This document shows, piece after piece, positions 36,487-47,756 of a stretch of DNA of 64,000 nt. Made by a program: the position numbers and the translations under genes. The number at the start of each line of letters is the position of its first letter. Within the stretch, counting starts at the first letter, position 1. This DNA comes from a virus, in IMG/VR virus record IMGVR_UViG_3300047564_005433, positions 1 through 64,000 of that record. The stretch is one strand, 5' to 3'. Below the pieces are notes generated by a model that ran no database searches, had not been told where the DNA came from, and was given only the letters and a program-made list of their open reading frames with translations.

Positions 36487-39400
36487 TTAGAACGTTCCTT
36501 CGTCAACAGTGGCATCAATGGTGCCAGCAGAGAAGTTACCGCTTGAATCGCGGGCAACAATTGCGCTAGCAGTGTTGGCACTAGTGGCAGTCGTTGCGCT
36601 ATTGCTAACCTTTCCAGCGGTGGAAATTGTACTGAGCTTAGTGTCGGCAATGCTGCCTGCAAGCATCGCATTTGTGACAGTGCCGCTATCTCCAGTGGTA
36701 ACAATGGTGCCAGTAGTGTCTGGCAGCGTAATCACCTTGTCCGATGTGGCATCAGCAGCGGCGAGTTGAATTTCAAAAGCATTGTCGGTGGCGCCTTCAA
36801 AAAGCAACGTGCCAGTGGTGCCAATAACCACTTCGCCAGTAATAGTGCCGCCTGCACGGGGCAATGCAGCATTGGCCAGGTCGTAAGCGCTCTTCACTGC
36901 AGTGGCAGTAGCTGCAAGCGTAGAACTTGTGGTGGACGTGCTGTCAGTAAGAATGACAGTACCACGAACGCTTGTTGTGGCATCTGGGATGGAAATAACT
37001 GGCGTGGTGGAGCCACTAACAACAGTGAGAGGAGCGTTCACACTCACTGAAAGAACAGTGCCACTTGCGGGCGTAGCCCATTTCACTCCAGTGCCAAGTG
37101 CTGAATCAGCCGTCAACACTTGTCCATTGGTACCAACTGCTTGCTTCAGTAGAACAGTGCCACTGCCAACAAGAAGATCACCTTTGGTATAAGCATTAAA
37201 GCTTGTGCCGCCATAGCCAATGGCAAGAATGCCACTCGCTACATTGTTTACATTCCTGCATTCAGTGCTAACTTCTTCAATTGCCGCTTGCACATTTCCT
37301 GCAGCAATGCCTGCGGCAGGCGAGAATGCAACTTGCGAGGCAGTCTGAGAAAGATAGGTGGAGCTAACGTCCACTTCCGTCCATGCCGTGCCATTGCAAA
37401 GCAAGATGTCCGGCGGTTGCAAAACAGTGGTAGGAGCTGGTGAAACGCCAGTACCTCCGCTGGAGACCACCACGTAATAGCGATTAAAAGTGGCCGATGG
37501 AGTGGGAAGTGGTTGTCCTACACTCAAGCCAACTGCTGCACCATCGCTACTTGTGCTGGCAATGGTATTTCCGCTTGCGTTATAAGTGCCAGCAAAAATA
37601 ATTTCGCCAACACTAATGCCAACTGGGTTCCAAACGTTACCATCCCACAGATAGAGATCTTTCTCCAATGGATTGAAGAAAAATTGTCCAATAAAATCAG
37701 CAACTGGCGGTGCTTCACCAAACTGACTTACGGAATAGTTTGCCAGTTTTGAAGCAAGAATGGAATCATCTGCAATTAAGCCACTGCCAAATGTGCCTGT
37801 CGTAATCTTGGAAGCAGGAAGAGAAGGAATGTCGTCTGCTACAAGAGACGTTTCGCCAGCATTAACGTGTCCTTCCGTATCTACCGTCACTTTGTAATAA
37901 GTGCCAGAAGCCACGCTGTTTGCGTGATTGAAGATGCCGCTAACAGTGACTAAGCCAGTACCAGCTTGTGCCACACCTAGTGCAGCAATGGTTGCCTTGG
38001 GAAGGTCATCAGCGGAGATAGCTCTAAAAGTCGGAGCAGCATCAGCACTGCCACTAGCTGGGCCAGCAAAGAAACGAGCAGCAACTTGCGTGTTTAAGGA
38101 AGGAACAATGGATGCACTAAATTCATCCGGGTAGGAAGTGGCAAAGCTATAAATAGTGTCGCCAGAAATAACCGTAGTAGAAAGGCCAGCTTGCCGCTGC
38201 CAAGTGCTTCCATTCCATGTGTATTCGTAGCCCGTACCAGTATTTAGCCATTGTTGGCCAATGAATTCACCGCTGCCCGTTGGCGTGGAACCAGCGACAA
38301 TGGCGGCAGAATTATCTGCCATCTTGACGCCAGTGACTGCTCCATTGGCAATCTTGGCAGTAATAACAGCGGCATCATTAATCTTCGCTGAAGTGACTGC
38401 AGAATTAGCAATGGTTGCAGCAAACGCTCCAGTGCCAGTGCCCGTCACGTCTCCAGAAAGAGTGATTGTTTGATCGCCAGTATTAGTGCCGGTGGAAGTG
38501 CCAGAGAAAGTGCCATCTTGAACGGCTAATGTGCCAAGTCCAAGCGTTTCTCTAATGTCTGCAATACTGGCATCGTCAAGGATAGAACGAGCAGCAGAAG
38601 TGCAAGCAATTTCTTCTACAGTGCCGCCGCTTGCGGAAAAGCGCCCAAGAATGACATCGCTAGAACTTGTGGATTGAATTTTGCTGTAGGAAACTGCCGC
38701 GTCAGCAATTTTGACAGCAGTAACGCCACTGTTGACAATCTTGGCAGTGGTAACTGAATCGCTGGCAAGCTTGGCATCCGTGATGTTTCCATCAGCAATC
38801 TTGATGGTGGTTACGCCACTGTCAGCAAGTTTTGCAGTGGTAATTGCACTGTCGGCAATATTCGCAGTGACAATGGAGGAGGAATCATAATCGCCGCTTC
38901 CAACTGTATTTTTTACAGCTAGCGAACCAAGGCCAAGCGTTGTACGTTGTGCGCCTGCATCAGCATCATCAAGAATGGCACGACCAGCAGCAGTGATTGC
39001 ACTAGTGGCGTAAGTGTCAGACGCAGTGGTATAAATGAGCTGACCAGATGCAGTGGTCAGTCCTGCAATTGAAGCCAGGGCGGAATCATAAGCCTGCACG
39101 TCAGTGCCAATAACCAAGCCAAGATTGGTGCGGGCGCCAGAAGCAGTAGATGCGCCTGTACCGCCGTCTGCAATGGCAAGATCAGTGATGCCACTGATAA
39201 TTCCCCCATTGATCGTGGCGTAAGAGATGGTGCCACTACTAAGCACTGCCGTGCCACCAGTGATTGCCACGCCAGAAGCAGCTTGCACTGCCATGGTGCC
39301 AAGGCCAAGTGTTGTACGCTGAGCAGCAGCATCGGCATCGTCCAGAAGCGCCCTACCAGCCTCAGTGAGCGTGATGCTTTCCACGTTGCCACTGCCAGCG

Positions 39401-41487
39401 GAAGCCCGACCAAGAAGCACGCCACTTGCTACTTGCTGGATCTTGGCGAACGTAACTGCATTGTCTGCAATGGCGGCGGTAGGAATGGAGCCGCTTGCAT
39501 AGCTTCCAGAGGGAATGGAGCTAGCAGTAATGACAGCGCCGGAAAGTTCTCCAGAAGAAAGACTTAACTTGCTAATGGTGACAGCACCAGATGCAATCTT
39601 TGCAGTAGTAATTCCGCTATCAACGAGCTGTGCAGTATTGACACTGCCGCTTGCCATCTTGGCGAGAGTTACGGCGGAATCGACAATGTTGATTGTGGCA
39701 ACGGATCCGCTGGACAGCTTTTCTTGGGTGACTCCGCTATTGACTAGTTGGCTCGTTCCAACACTGTTACTCGCCATCTTGGCAAGCGTTACAGCAGCAT
39801 CAACAAGATTAACGGTATCAACAGCGCCACTAGAGAGTTTCGACTGGGTGATGCCGCTATCAACGATATTTGCAGTTGCCACTGCATTCGCTGCCAGTTT
39901 GGCTTGAGTGACGCCACTGTTGACCAAATTGATGGTATTGACGCTATCGGCTGCAAGCTTTGCAAAAGTGACGCCACTATCAACTAAATTAATAGTTGCC
40001 ACTGCATCGGCAGCAAGTTTCGCTTGGGTGATTCCGCTGTTGACAATGTTGATTGTCGCCACCGCGTCAGTGGCAAGTTTTGCCTGGGTGACGCCACTAT
40101 CAACAAGCTGAGAAGTGTCAATGCTATTGCTTGCCATTTTGGCAAGCGTCACCGAAGCATCAATAATATTAATGGTATCAATGGACCCACTCGCCAACTT
40201 GGCTTGTGTGATGCCGCTATTGACAATCTGAGAAGTGCCAACACTATTGCTTGCTAATTTTGCAATCGTTACAGAGGAATCGACGATATTGACGGTATCC
40301 ACAGCTCCGCTAGAAAGCTTTGCCTGAGTGATGCCACTATCGACAATATTGACAGTAGCAACGCTGCCAGAAGCAAGCTTTGCCTGAGTGATGCCACTAT
40401 CAACTACATTGACAGTTGCCACGGCATTTGCAGCCAGCTTAGCTTGAGTGACGCCACTGGCAACAATCTGAGCAGTATCAACGCTATTGCTCGCCATTTT
40501 GGCGAGCGTAACGCTACTGTCAACAAGATTAATCGTTGCGATTGCTCCACTTGCAAGCTTTGCTTGAGTGACGCCGCTATCAACTAATTGAGCAGTGCCA
40601 ACACTGCCACTGGCCATTTTTGCAATGGTAACGGCGCTATCAACAATATTGATTGTCGCCACTGCATCGCTTGCTAGCTTTGCCTGCGTAACACCACTAT
40701 CAATAAGATTGACAGTGCCAACGCTATTTGCAGCAAGTTTGTTTTGAGTGATGCCACTATCGGCAATATTGGTGGTGCCAACTACGCCACTTGCTAGCTT
40801 GGCTTGCGTAACACTGCCGTCAACAATTTGAATGGTTCCAACAGAGTTGGAAGCCATTTTTGCCAGCGTAATACCACTAGCAGCCAAATGAACAGTGTCA
40901 ATGGCGCCAGCGCTTACATTGGCGCCAGTAATACCACTAGTTTGAATTTTGGCAGAAGTTACGGCGCCATCAAGGATTTTTACAGTTTCTACTGCATCGC
41001 TAGCAAGCTTGCCAGCAGTAATGGCAAGATTGTTTATTTTGCCGGTGGTAACACTGAGGTCTTCAAGGAGAGACGTGTTAATTGTATTGCCAGTGGCAAC
41101 CACCCCAAGTTCAAGCGTTGAACGAGCAGCAGCAGCATCCGCATCGTCAAGAAGCGTGCGAATGTAAACCGTACAATCAATCTCCTCTACATCACCAAGA
41201 GACGTGCCGCGACCCAGTAATTTATTGGCACTTACTTGCTGGATTTTGTCGTAAGTGAGAGTATTGGCAGCAATGGAAGAACCAGTTAATTTTGCCGCAC
41301 TGCCTTGATTGATCTTGGAAATATCGAGCGTTGAAGCATCAGCAAGATTAAAGCCTGCCTGAATCAGGCTCTTTACTTGCACCTTCTTGGTTTGATTGGC
41401 GCTAACGTCTGCAATAGGCAATACGTCGTTTGAAGCTACGCCTCCCTGAGGAAGTTCGACGAGTTCCGTAATTCTTTGATCGGCCAT
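36487..41487 (-). CDS. Long tail fibre/virion protein with decapeptide repeats
   Basis: Dozens of (A/S)VxTxx(I/L)xD/SGVTQAKLA units; 1666 aa. Confidence 0.8.
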   Translation of the reverse strand: MADQRITELVELPQGGVASNDVLPIADVSANQTKKVQVKSLIQAGFNLADASTLDISKINQGSAAKLTGSSIAANTLTYDKIQQVSANKLLGRGTSLGDVEEIDCTVYIRTLLDDADAAAARSTLELGVVATGNTINTSLLEDLSVTTGKINNLAITAGKLASDAVETVKILDGAVTSAKIQTSGITGANVSAGAIDTVHLAASGITLAKMASNSVGTIQIVDGSVTQAKLASGVVGTTNIADSGITQNKLAANSVGTVNLIDSGVTQAKLASDAVATINIVDSAVTIAKMASGSVGTAQLVDSGVTQAKLASGAIATINLVDSSVTLAKMASNSVDTAQIVASGVTQAKLAANAVATVNVVDSGITQAKLASGSVATVNIVDSGITQAKLSSGAVDTVNIVDSSVTIAKLASNSVGTSQIVNSGITQAKLASGSIDTINIIDASVTLAKMASNSIDTSQLVDSGVTQAKLATDAVATINIVNSGITQAKLAADAVATINLVDSGVTFAKLAADSVNTINLVNSGVTQAKLAANAVATANIVDSGITQSKLSSGAVDTVNLVDAAVTLAKMASNSVGTSQLVNSGVTQEKLSSGSVATINIVDSAVTLAKMASGSVNTAQLVDSGITTAKIASGAVTISKLSLSSGELSGAVITASSIPSGSYASGSIPTAAIADNAVTFAKIQQVASGVLLGRASAGSGNVESITLTEAGRALLDDADAAAQRTTLGLGTMAVQAASGVAITGGTAVLSSGTISYATINGGIISGITDLAIADGGTGASTASGARTNLGLVIGTDVQAYDSALASIAGLTTASGQLIYTTASDTYATSAITAAGRAILDDADAGAQRTTLGLGSLAVKNTVGSGDYDSSSIVTANIADSAITTAKLADSGVTTIKIADGNITDAKLASDSVTTAKIVNSGVTAVKIADAAVSYSKIQSTSSSDVILGRFSASGGTVEEIACTSAARSILDDASIADIRETLGLGTLAVQDGTFSGTSTGTNTGDQTITLSGDVTGTGTGAFAATIANSAVTSAKINDAAVITAKIANGAVTGVKMADNSAAIVAGSTPTGSGEFIGQQWLNTGTGYEYTWNGSTWQRQAGLSTTVISGDTIYSFATSYPDEFSASIVPSLNTQVAARFFAGPASGSADAAPTFRAISADDLPKATIAALGVAQAGTGLVTVSGIFNHANSVASGTYYKVTVDTEGHVNAGETSLVADDIPSLPASKITTGTFGSGLIADDSILASKLANYSVSQFGEAPPVADFIGQFFFNPLEKDLYLWDGNVWNPVGISVGEIIFAGTYNASGNTIASTSSDGAAVGLSVGQPLPTPSATFNRYYVVVSSGGTGVSPAPTTVLQPPDILLCNGTAWTEVDVSSTYLSQTASQVAFSPAAGIAAGNVQAAIEEVSTECRNVNNVASGILAIGYGGTSFNAYTKGDLLVGSGTVLLKQAVGTNGQVLTADSALGTGVKWATPASGTVLSVSVNAPLTVVSGSTTPVISIPDATTSVRGTVILTDSTSTTSSTLAATATAVKSAYDLANAALPRAGGTITGEVVIGTTGTLLFEGATDNAFEIQLAAADATSDKVITLPDTTGTIVTTGDSGTVTNAMLAGSIADTKLSTISTAGKVSNSATTATSANTASAIVARDSSGNFSAGTIDATVDEGTF

Positions 41488-41563
41488 CTCTCAAAAAGGC
41501 AGGGCTAAATACAGTCTAGTCTCTCTCGATAATAGCTATTATTGCCCGCTGCTCTTTGCCTTG

Positions 41564-42574
41564 TTAATCCACCACTTCTTTTAACAGGTAATCAAGGCCC
41601 TGTTCAAGGTAAATGGCATCATAATCTTCCTTCAGAATGTACTCTGCAGGCACTCCCACTCGAATTTTGAATTCTCCAGTGGTAACAAAGTCAACAGAAC
41701 ACGCCACCAACGCATCGGAAGTAACAGTGACGCCTGCTCTTGTTACCACTGCTTCAATATCGTAATAAACTTCCTCCCTAAAGCCTGGCGTTTCTTCTGT
41801 AGAGGATATGGCAAGTAAAGCCTTAAAGCTGCTTCCCACGTCCAGGCGGTTAATCACTTGTAACAGAAATAGCGGTATGTCTTGGTTTGCTACTGTTTCA
41901 TAGCTAAACAAGCATTCAATGCTTCCATTGCCACTTAACAAGCCAGCCGAATACTGCTGCTTAAAGCGATCAGACAAACTCGTTGTCTCCATCGCAGCCC
42001 TGTCCGTATTAATCTCAAATGATGTGACAGAACCAAGTGTATTGTATCTAGTGTCTCTTACGCCCACTGTAATATCAATGGGTTCGCCATAAAAGTCTGC
42101 TAAAGCATATTCGCTTGCCCTTTCATTATTCACTGCATCGGCAAAAGTGGGAAACAAGCGAATGCCTCCCACTGCATTAATGTGGGCATAAGCCGTTAAG
42201 CTATTTGCAATGACATAATCACTGAGCCTAAACTCGTCATATCCTGCAGGCGGTAAATCGCTACTGGTGCTAATTTCATCATCTAACCACCCCGCCAATC
42301 CAGCGGTGCTTCCCGAAGACCATACCACTGCGCTATAGCCATCAACATCCTGTCCAGGTATGTCCCAAAATGTGGCAGGCATAAACAAAAGACCTCTTGG
42401 ATCTTCTGTTGAAATCTCAAGGAAATCTCCTGTGATTAAATTATTATCGCTCCCATCAAAACTAAAGCGATTTAATAGTGTGTTTACATCGCTAGCGGAA
42501 ACAGTGGCCGTGAAAGTGTTCTCGCCCCCTCGCTGAAGCTTGATAGCGCCTGTGTGGCCAACAAAAAACGTCAT
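41564..42574 (-). CDS. Tail tube-like structural protein
   Basis: VTSFEINTDRAAMETTSL...SVDFVTTG, related to the neighbouring tube-fold gene. Confidence 0.6.
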   Translation of the reverse strand: MTFFVGHTGAIKLQRGGENTFTATVSASDVNTLLNRFSFDGSDNNLITGDFLEISTEDPRGLLFMPATFWDIPGQDVDGYSAVVWSSGSTAGLAGWLDDEISTSSDLPPAGYDEFRLSDYVIANSLTAYAHINAVGGIRLFPTFADAVNNERASEYALADFYGEPIDITVGVRDTRYNTLGSVTSFEINTDRAAMETTSLSDRFKQQYSAGLLSGNGSIECLFSYETVANQDIPLFLLQVINRLDVGSSFKALLAISSTEETPGFREEVYYDIEAVVTRAGVTVTSDALVACSVDFVTTGEFKIRVGVPAEYILKEDYDAIYLEQGLDYLLKEVVD

Positions 42575-42635
42575 CTCGCTTCAGCGACTATTCTTCCATT
42601 GTACGAACAATGCAAATTGTAAATTAAGCTTCTGA

Positions 42636-43055
42636 TCAAGTGGTACCAGTAAGAGTGACAGAAGTGAGGGGGCCGTTGATTGTAAAGTTGAACGAAACAG
42701 TGGTTAGCTCGTCGGTGGACGAAGTTATGCTGGCACTGTTAATAAAAGCATCGGCAGTGAAAGACTGACTGGTGCCCACTTCAAAAGTGAGAGCCACTTC
42801 ATCTGTGTCAGTGACAGCGCCAGTTTTAGCAATCTTTTCAAGAAGATTGGTCACATCAGTGGTGTCGCCGTTGTAATACGACAGCGTGGCGCTACCAGTG
42901 GCACTAAACAGCCCAGGAGTGAACGTATTCGCGGTATCTCCCAGTGCCGTAGTATCAAGCATGTTTACGGAAGTATCAAGCGTCCAGTTACGAACTTTTG
43001 ACACCTCGCTGCCGCCAAGACGCAGCTTACCAGTGCGACCAGTGTAAAAAGGCAT
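42636..43055 (-). CDS. Tail tube-like protein
   Basis: VRNWTLDTS..DTTALGD..VSFNFTINGPL. Confidence 0.7.
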   Translation of the reverse strand: MPFYTGRTGKLRLGGSEVSKVRNWTLDTSVNMLDTTALGDTANTFTPGLFSATGSATLSYYNGDTTDVTNLLEKIAKTGAVTDTDEVALTFEVGTSQSFTADAFINSASITSSTDELTTVSFNFTINGPLTSVTLTGTT

Positions 43056-43100
43056 TGTCTTAAAGCTTTTTGTTTATGATAGCGAGATTTACCATGCGTG

Positions 43101-46100
43101 TTAGTCAATTAAGAACGCATCGTCAAAATTGGCAATCTTTGATAAAGTGGCGCCGCCAACTTCTTCGCAAGGATGTTCAATAGCGCTAATCGTAATCTCA
43201 CCTTCCTCTTCCATTGAAACGTCAGTCACGCGAAATACGCGCTTCACTTCAGATGGTATGCCAAGCACAAACAACCATCCTTCATAATTTATCAGCGCGG
43301 AGGATTGATTGTCAACAATGGAAACAGAGGAAAGTTTAGTGGGCGAATCTTGGCCGTTATAAAGCAAGATGGTATAGCTTCCGTTTATGGCATCTTCAAC
43401 TAATGGAATATTCAGCTTTCCACCTTCCTCGATGACGCCACTTCTAATATCATCCCATTGATCTCTACCTAATTGCACGTAAATATAAGATCCAGGAGCA
43501 ACAGGGCTTTCAGTGGGGAATGTTTTAAATTCAATGGCACGACGAGAGAAGCGACGTTGCTGGCAAAGAAGCTTGCCATATTTAATCGCCTGCTCTCTGC
43601 TGCTTACGAAAGTAGACAGGTCAAAAGTTTGACGGATGCTATCAGCTTCAATGGCATCAGCTCGCATGATTTGCAAGCTAGTGTTTTGAGGGAAAACATT
43701 ATCGTCTGCAGTGTTCCTATAGACAATGGTGGCGATTAAATCTTGCGTATTGTCCCCATAGTCAAGAAACTCCTCTTTGTAACTGTCCTCCAAAATATTG
43801 CCTTGATTAAACAAGGCGGAAATTTGAATGGCCCTTGAAATCCTATAGAGAGGGTCATAAGGTACTGCCGGAATGAGGGTTTCCTTGCCGCCAATGCGCG
43901 CAAACTCAAGCAAGCTAAACGGAGCGGTTTGCGCCCAAAATTCACGCCATGACGTGGGATCAGCAATCACGCCGTCCATAAACAATTCATTTTCTTCGCA
44001 AAAACGCTGCGAAATACTAAGCTGCTTTTTGTCTATGCCATTTTCATTGGCATAGGCAGCAATACCGTTTTCCTTGTCAAGGATGGTATCTAAAAAAATC
44101 TCTGGCGCATAGCTAGTTGATTCAACGGCATCTCCGTAATTTCCCTCTGTATCAAGAAACTTTCTAACCTTCTTTCCCTTATTCACCCATGCACTAAGCG
44201 AACGCAAATCTCTCACTCCTTGCCCGCTATAGATATTCAAGCCAAGCATTGCCATGCCATCGTAAATAGACGGCGTAAGTGCTTGCTTTTGTTGCTCTGT
44301 TACTGCGACAAGAGCAATTTCTGCTCCACTTTCAAAAGAAAAGGAAATTTGCGTGTCACTACGAAGTGAGAACAGGCCCCATTCATCAACAAATTTAGGA
44401 GTGCGATTAAGTGGAGGGCGACGGCGAATTGTATTAACAGGATCGCGTCCTTTGTAAACAAAAGAAAACCCGTTGCCAAACGTAATTTGCTTGCCAGCAA
44501 TGGATCCCTTCGTTCCAGCAGTGCGCAAATAAATCATGGGCATATCATTGCCATCGTTGTGAGTGCGCAATTCTGCTGCTAAGTCAACAATGGGCTCAAG
44601 CTTAAATTGCCATTTTGCTTTTGATGGCGCAATAAATCGTAGTCCTACATAGGAGTCAAGTTCCTTGCCATTTCTAATGGCAAAAACGTATGGAACCAAG
44701 CTGTATTGACTAGTGGGATCAAAAGGATCCTTGTACCACAGCCAGAACATAGAAGTGCGATTGCGAATGCCATTGTCACTATCTTTATGGCCCTGCTGAT
44801 CTTCTTCTGCATATTTATTCATGCGCCCTTGAATGCGTTGAAACACCTTGGCCTTAAATGCAAAATTAACCACTTCACATTTTGTTATACATTCGTAACG
44901 GATTTCATCAATCTTGGCAATACATTTGGTGTTGAAATAGTCATTCCACGAATCTTCGTCCTTTAGTTGCGCGACGATGTTGTTTAAATTCGCCACTGCC
45001 GCGTTATAACTCGCAGTCCATGCGGATTGAGCTGCGTTTTCAGCGCTGGAATCCCGCTCGACATTGCTTGCAACTTCGGCTCTTCTTTTCGTAAGATTGC
45101 GCCGTCTAGCTTTTAACTTTTTACGCTCTTCTCTAAGATCAGTATTTTTCGCACCATCGTAAAGACCCTGTTCAATGGCACGAGTGGTAAGGCGTGAATA
45201 CTGGTCTTTTAGTTCTCCCTTCTTGGCACGCTTAACTGCAATTTGTTTTGCCTTTTCTTCTTTTGCATCTTGGAGCTGACGCTTTTGTGCATTAGTTCTG
45301 CTTCCAGCGGGAGTATCCCTAATAGTGCCAATTGTATTTTCTGCAGCATCTATCTTATCGTTTGCGCTTTTAATGTCATTTTCAAGCTGATCAATGGCAA
45401 GCCTAATGCCTTTAAAGACCCCCTCTTCTTTAATGACATTCAAAAGTTCGCTGCCCGTAAGATTGCCTTTCAAGATGGCAGTGGCACTTTCAATGGCATT
45501 GTCAATTTCCTCTAGCTCAGCATCAAAAGCTGCAATCTTATCAGCTCCAGGCCCTTTAAATCGTTCTGCAAATGCAGCACTTTTTTCCGTATTAAGAGTG
45601 CTGATCGTGTTTTCGGCTTCTCGCTTTTGCCTCCTTAGATCCTGCTCGTTTTCTTGATAACGCCTAGTGCCATAATCCTCTTCGCAAAGCACTCCGCTTT
45701 CGACGCATTCAAAAACAAAAGTGCCCTCAATGTCGCTCCCGTTTTGAATATTATCCGCACGTAATTTAAACTTCGCCGCGCCAATCTTATAAGTGCTAGC
45801 AGGATCAAAGGTGTTGATATAAGCGCTTCTTAAATCAATAGCCGCACGCTCCACTTGATCAGTAGGCTTATTGTCATCTTCACTGAAAACAACAAAAAGC
45901 AAACTACCCTTTGGAAGAGCTGGTCTCACTCCAGTGGTCGGCCATGTGTTAGGCCAATAAATCCCTCTGCCTTGTACAGGAAAACCATTGAGAACCGACT
46001 GTGGCACGTTAATGCCTAAGGAGTCTTGCTTTAAATTGCCTTCATCATCTCTATCTTCTACTTGCACTCGCAATGGCACAACGTCGTACAGTCCTAGTGA

Positions 46101-46826
46101 AGAACTAGTTGTAGGGGAGAAAGCTTGGCTATAACCTTGTGTTCTATTTTGCCCATTGGTAATGACAGTGCAAAGATCGGCATTGCCAGTGGTATAAACT
46201 GGATCGTCTTCTGCTCGTACATCAGTGGGCAGCTTTCTGTCTTTAAAGAAAAGCCTGCTCTGATCTTCGTTGGCGTAAAGAAAATAGCGCTGCGAAGCCA
46301 GGTCCCTAAGTGGGGTTTGACCAAATGCAGTGCGACCATAATCAAAACTTTGAATGGGACCAGCACCTATGACTGTCAACATCTGCATGTACTGGCTAGT
46401 GCCAAAACTATGCACTGCAGACCAAACAAGAGAAGTGTTAACGCGCAATCCTCCTGCTAGCTTGTTTTCGTCAGCATTGGTATAAATTAAGTTGACGGGT
46501 TCTCCATATCGAGCAACTTCTTGAAGCGAATTGAAGCCATAACGCGGAGCAAAAAATGGATTACGGGATTGTCTTCCCATTTTGTCGCCTGGAACTTCAG
46601 GCTTTGGCGCAAGTAATGTTGCTGCAACTTGCGCAACCGTGCCAACAATCGAGATGATTGCAGCGGCTAACGCCCATTCGGCCCCTGTTCCCATCCTTAC
46701 GTCAAGGATGGTGCCCTGCTTTTCGTCGCGGTAATTTAACCTGGCTAAATAAAACTGCCAATACTCTTCCTCAGAAATTTGCAGAGCATCAATAAGAGCA
46801 CGTTCGTAAGGAAGAAGCTTTCTCAT
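43101..46826 (-). CDS. Tail tip/central fibre protein (lambda J-like) with coiled-coil insertion
   Basis: Size and position after NlpC/P60; C-terminal RVTDVSMEEEGEITISAIEH. Confidence 0.75.
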   Translation of the reverse strand: MRKLLPYERALIDALQISEEEYWQFYLARLNYRDEKQGTILDVRMGTGAEWALAAAIISIVGTVAQVAATLLAPKPEVPGDKMGRQSRNPFFAPRYGFNSLQEVARYGEPVNLIYTNADENKLAGGLRVNTSLVWSAVHSFGTSQYMQMLTVIGAGPIQSFDYGRTAFGQTPLRDLASQRYFLYANEDQSRLFFKDRKLPTDVRAEDDPVYTTGNADLCTVITNGQNRTQGYSQAFSPTTSSSLGLYDVVPLRVQVEDRDDEGNLKQDSLGINVPQSVLNGFPVQGRGIYWPNTWPTTGVRPALPKGSLLFVVFSEDDNKPTDQVERAAIDLRSAYINTFDPASTYKIGAAKFKLRADNIQNGSDIEGTFVFECVESGVLCEEDYGTRRYQENEQDLRRQKREAENTISTLNTEKSAAFAERFKGPGADKIAAFDAELEEIDNAIESATAILKGNLTGSELLNVIKEEGVFKGIRLAIDQLENDIKSANDKIDAAENTIGTIRDTPAGSRTNAQKRQLQDAKEEKAKQIAVKRAKKGELKDQYSRLTTRAIEQGLYDGAKNTDLREERKKLKARRRNLTKRRAEVASNVERDSSAENAAQSAWTASYNAAVANLNNIVAQLKDEDSWNDYFNTKCIAKIDEIRYECITKCEVVNFAFKAKVFQRIQGRMNKYAEEDQQGHKDSDNGIRNRTSMFWLWYKDPFDPTSQYSLVPYVFAIRNGKELDSYVGLRFIAPSKAKWQFKLEPIVDLAAELRTHNDGNDMPMIYLRTAGTKGSIAGKQITFGNGFSFVYKGRDPVNTIRRRPPLNRTPKFVDEWGLFSLRSDTQISFSFESGAEIALVAVTEQQKQALTPSIYDGMAMLGLNIYSGQGVRDLRSLSAWVNKGKKVRKFLDTEGNYGDAVESTSYAPEIFLDTILDKENGIAAYANENGIDKKQLSISQRFCEENELFMDGVIADPTSWREFWAQTAPFSLLEFARIGGKETLIPAVPYDPLYRISRAIQISALFNQGNILEDSYKEEFLDYGDNTQDLIATIVYRNTADDNVFPQNTSLQIMRADAIEADSIRQTFDLSTFVSSREQAIKYGKLLCQQRRFSRRAIEFKTFPTESPVAPGSYIYVQLGRDQWDDIRSGVIEEGGKLNIPLVEDAINGSYTILLYNGQDSPTKLSSVSIVDNQSSALINYEGWLFVLGIPSEVKRVFRVTDVSMEEEGEITISAIEHPCEEVGGATLSKIANFDDAFLID

Positions 46827-47218
46827 TGTTTAATATCTGGCAGCATTTTAAATAGCTTCAACGATGGAAATAAGCGAGACCAGTATGATCTGCCTCCTCG
46901 TGAAACCGTAAGTATTCCCCCATCATAAGCCACTCCAACTGCTATCTCGCCTCCTAATTTTGGCAAAATAATTGCAACATTGCCATCTTTTTTCTCAAAA
47001 GTTCTTTTGCCATTTTCAAACAACCATCTCACAATTCGCCGCATTGGCAAATTGCCAGAATCATATTCATCATATGCCCATCGAAACTCATCCTCATAGT
47101 CGTGCAATCCAAGCCGTCGCCTTACTTCACATACGAGCATAAAACAATCGCTCTTTCCATTGCCCTCGCAAAAGCGAGCCCTCCGTTCATATTGCAAGCC
47201 AATTAAATCATTGATCAT
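46823..47218 (-). CDS. NlpC/P60-like tail tip protein
   Basis: DLIGLQY..SDCFMLV; position. Confidence 0.7.
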   Translation of the reverse strand: MINDLIGLQYERRARFCEGNGKSDCFMLVCEVRRRLGLHDYEDEFRWAYDEYDSGNLPMRRIVRWLFENGKRTFEKKDGNVAIILPKLGGEIAVGVAYDGGILTVSRGGRSYWSRLFPSLKLFKMLPDIKQ

Positions 47219-47754
47219 CGTAGGTTTACTTCTGCATTCAATGGCAAAATGCCAACATTTTTAGACGTGAATGTACGACGAGGAAAACTTGCTCCTACAC
47301 TGTCCATGGAAGAACGAAATCGAAGCTCAACGGTTGTATCGTCAAATGAAGCTCCTACGCCCACGTAAAATTCTTCATATTGCGCCGTTGCAGAAGCAAG
47401 GCTATACGATGCGTAGTCTGTAATATCACCAGTGCTTGCCATCCATATGGTTTTTAAGGAAAGTTTGCTAAGCCTATTGCCATTTCCTTCTTCTACCATT
47501 GCTACGGTAAATTCACTATGGGGAAACAGCAGTCGCAATATACTGTTATCTCCATTCAATGCTGCTAATGCTCCTTCAGCTCGAAATGGCGCAAAACGAT
47601 ATACCGGCGAAGCAGTGCCAGGCACTGCTACAGCGGCAAAATCTTTGCCAAAAAAATAGTTTTGGTATAAATGCTGTCGTCCTTGTGGCGCCTTTTCTGT
47701 TGGCGGCGTTTCAATGGAAGCAAAATTGGCAATGTGAATAGTGGTGGCAGTCAT
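47215..47754 (-). CDS. Minor tail protein (lambda L-like)
   Basis: Position; YRFAPF..PRRTF. Confidence 0.6.
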   Translation of the reverse strand: MTATTIHIANFASIETPPTEKAPQGRQHLYQNYFFGKDFAAVAVPGTASPVYRFAPFRAEGALAALNGDNSILRLLFPHSEFTVAMVEEGNGNRLSKLSLKTIWMASTGDITDYASYSLASATAQYEEFYVGVGASFDDTTVELRFRSSMDSVGASFPRRTFTSKNVGILPLNAEVNLR

Positions 47755-47756
47755 AA

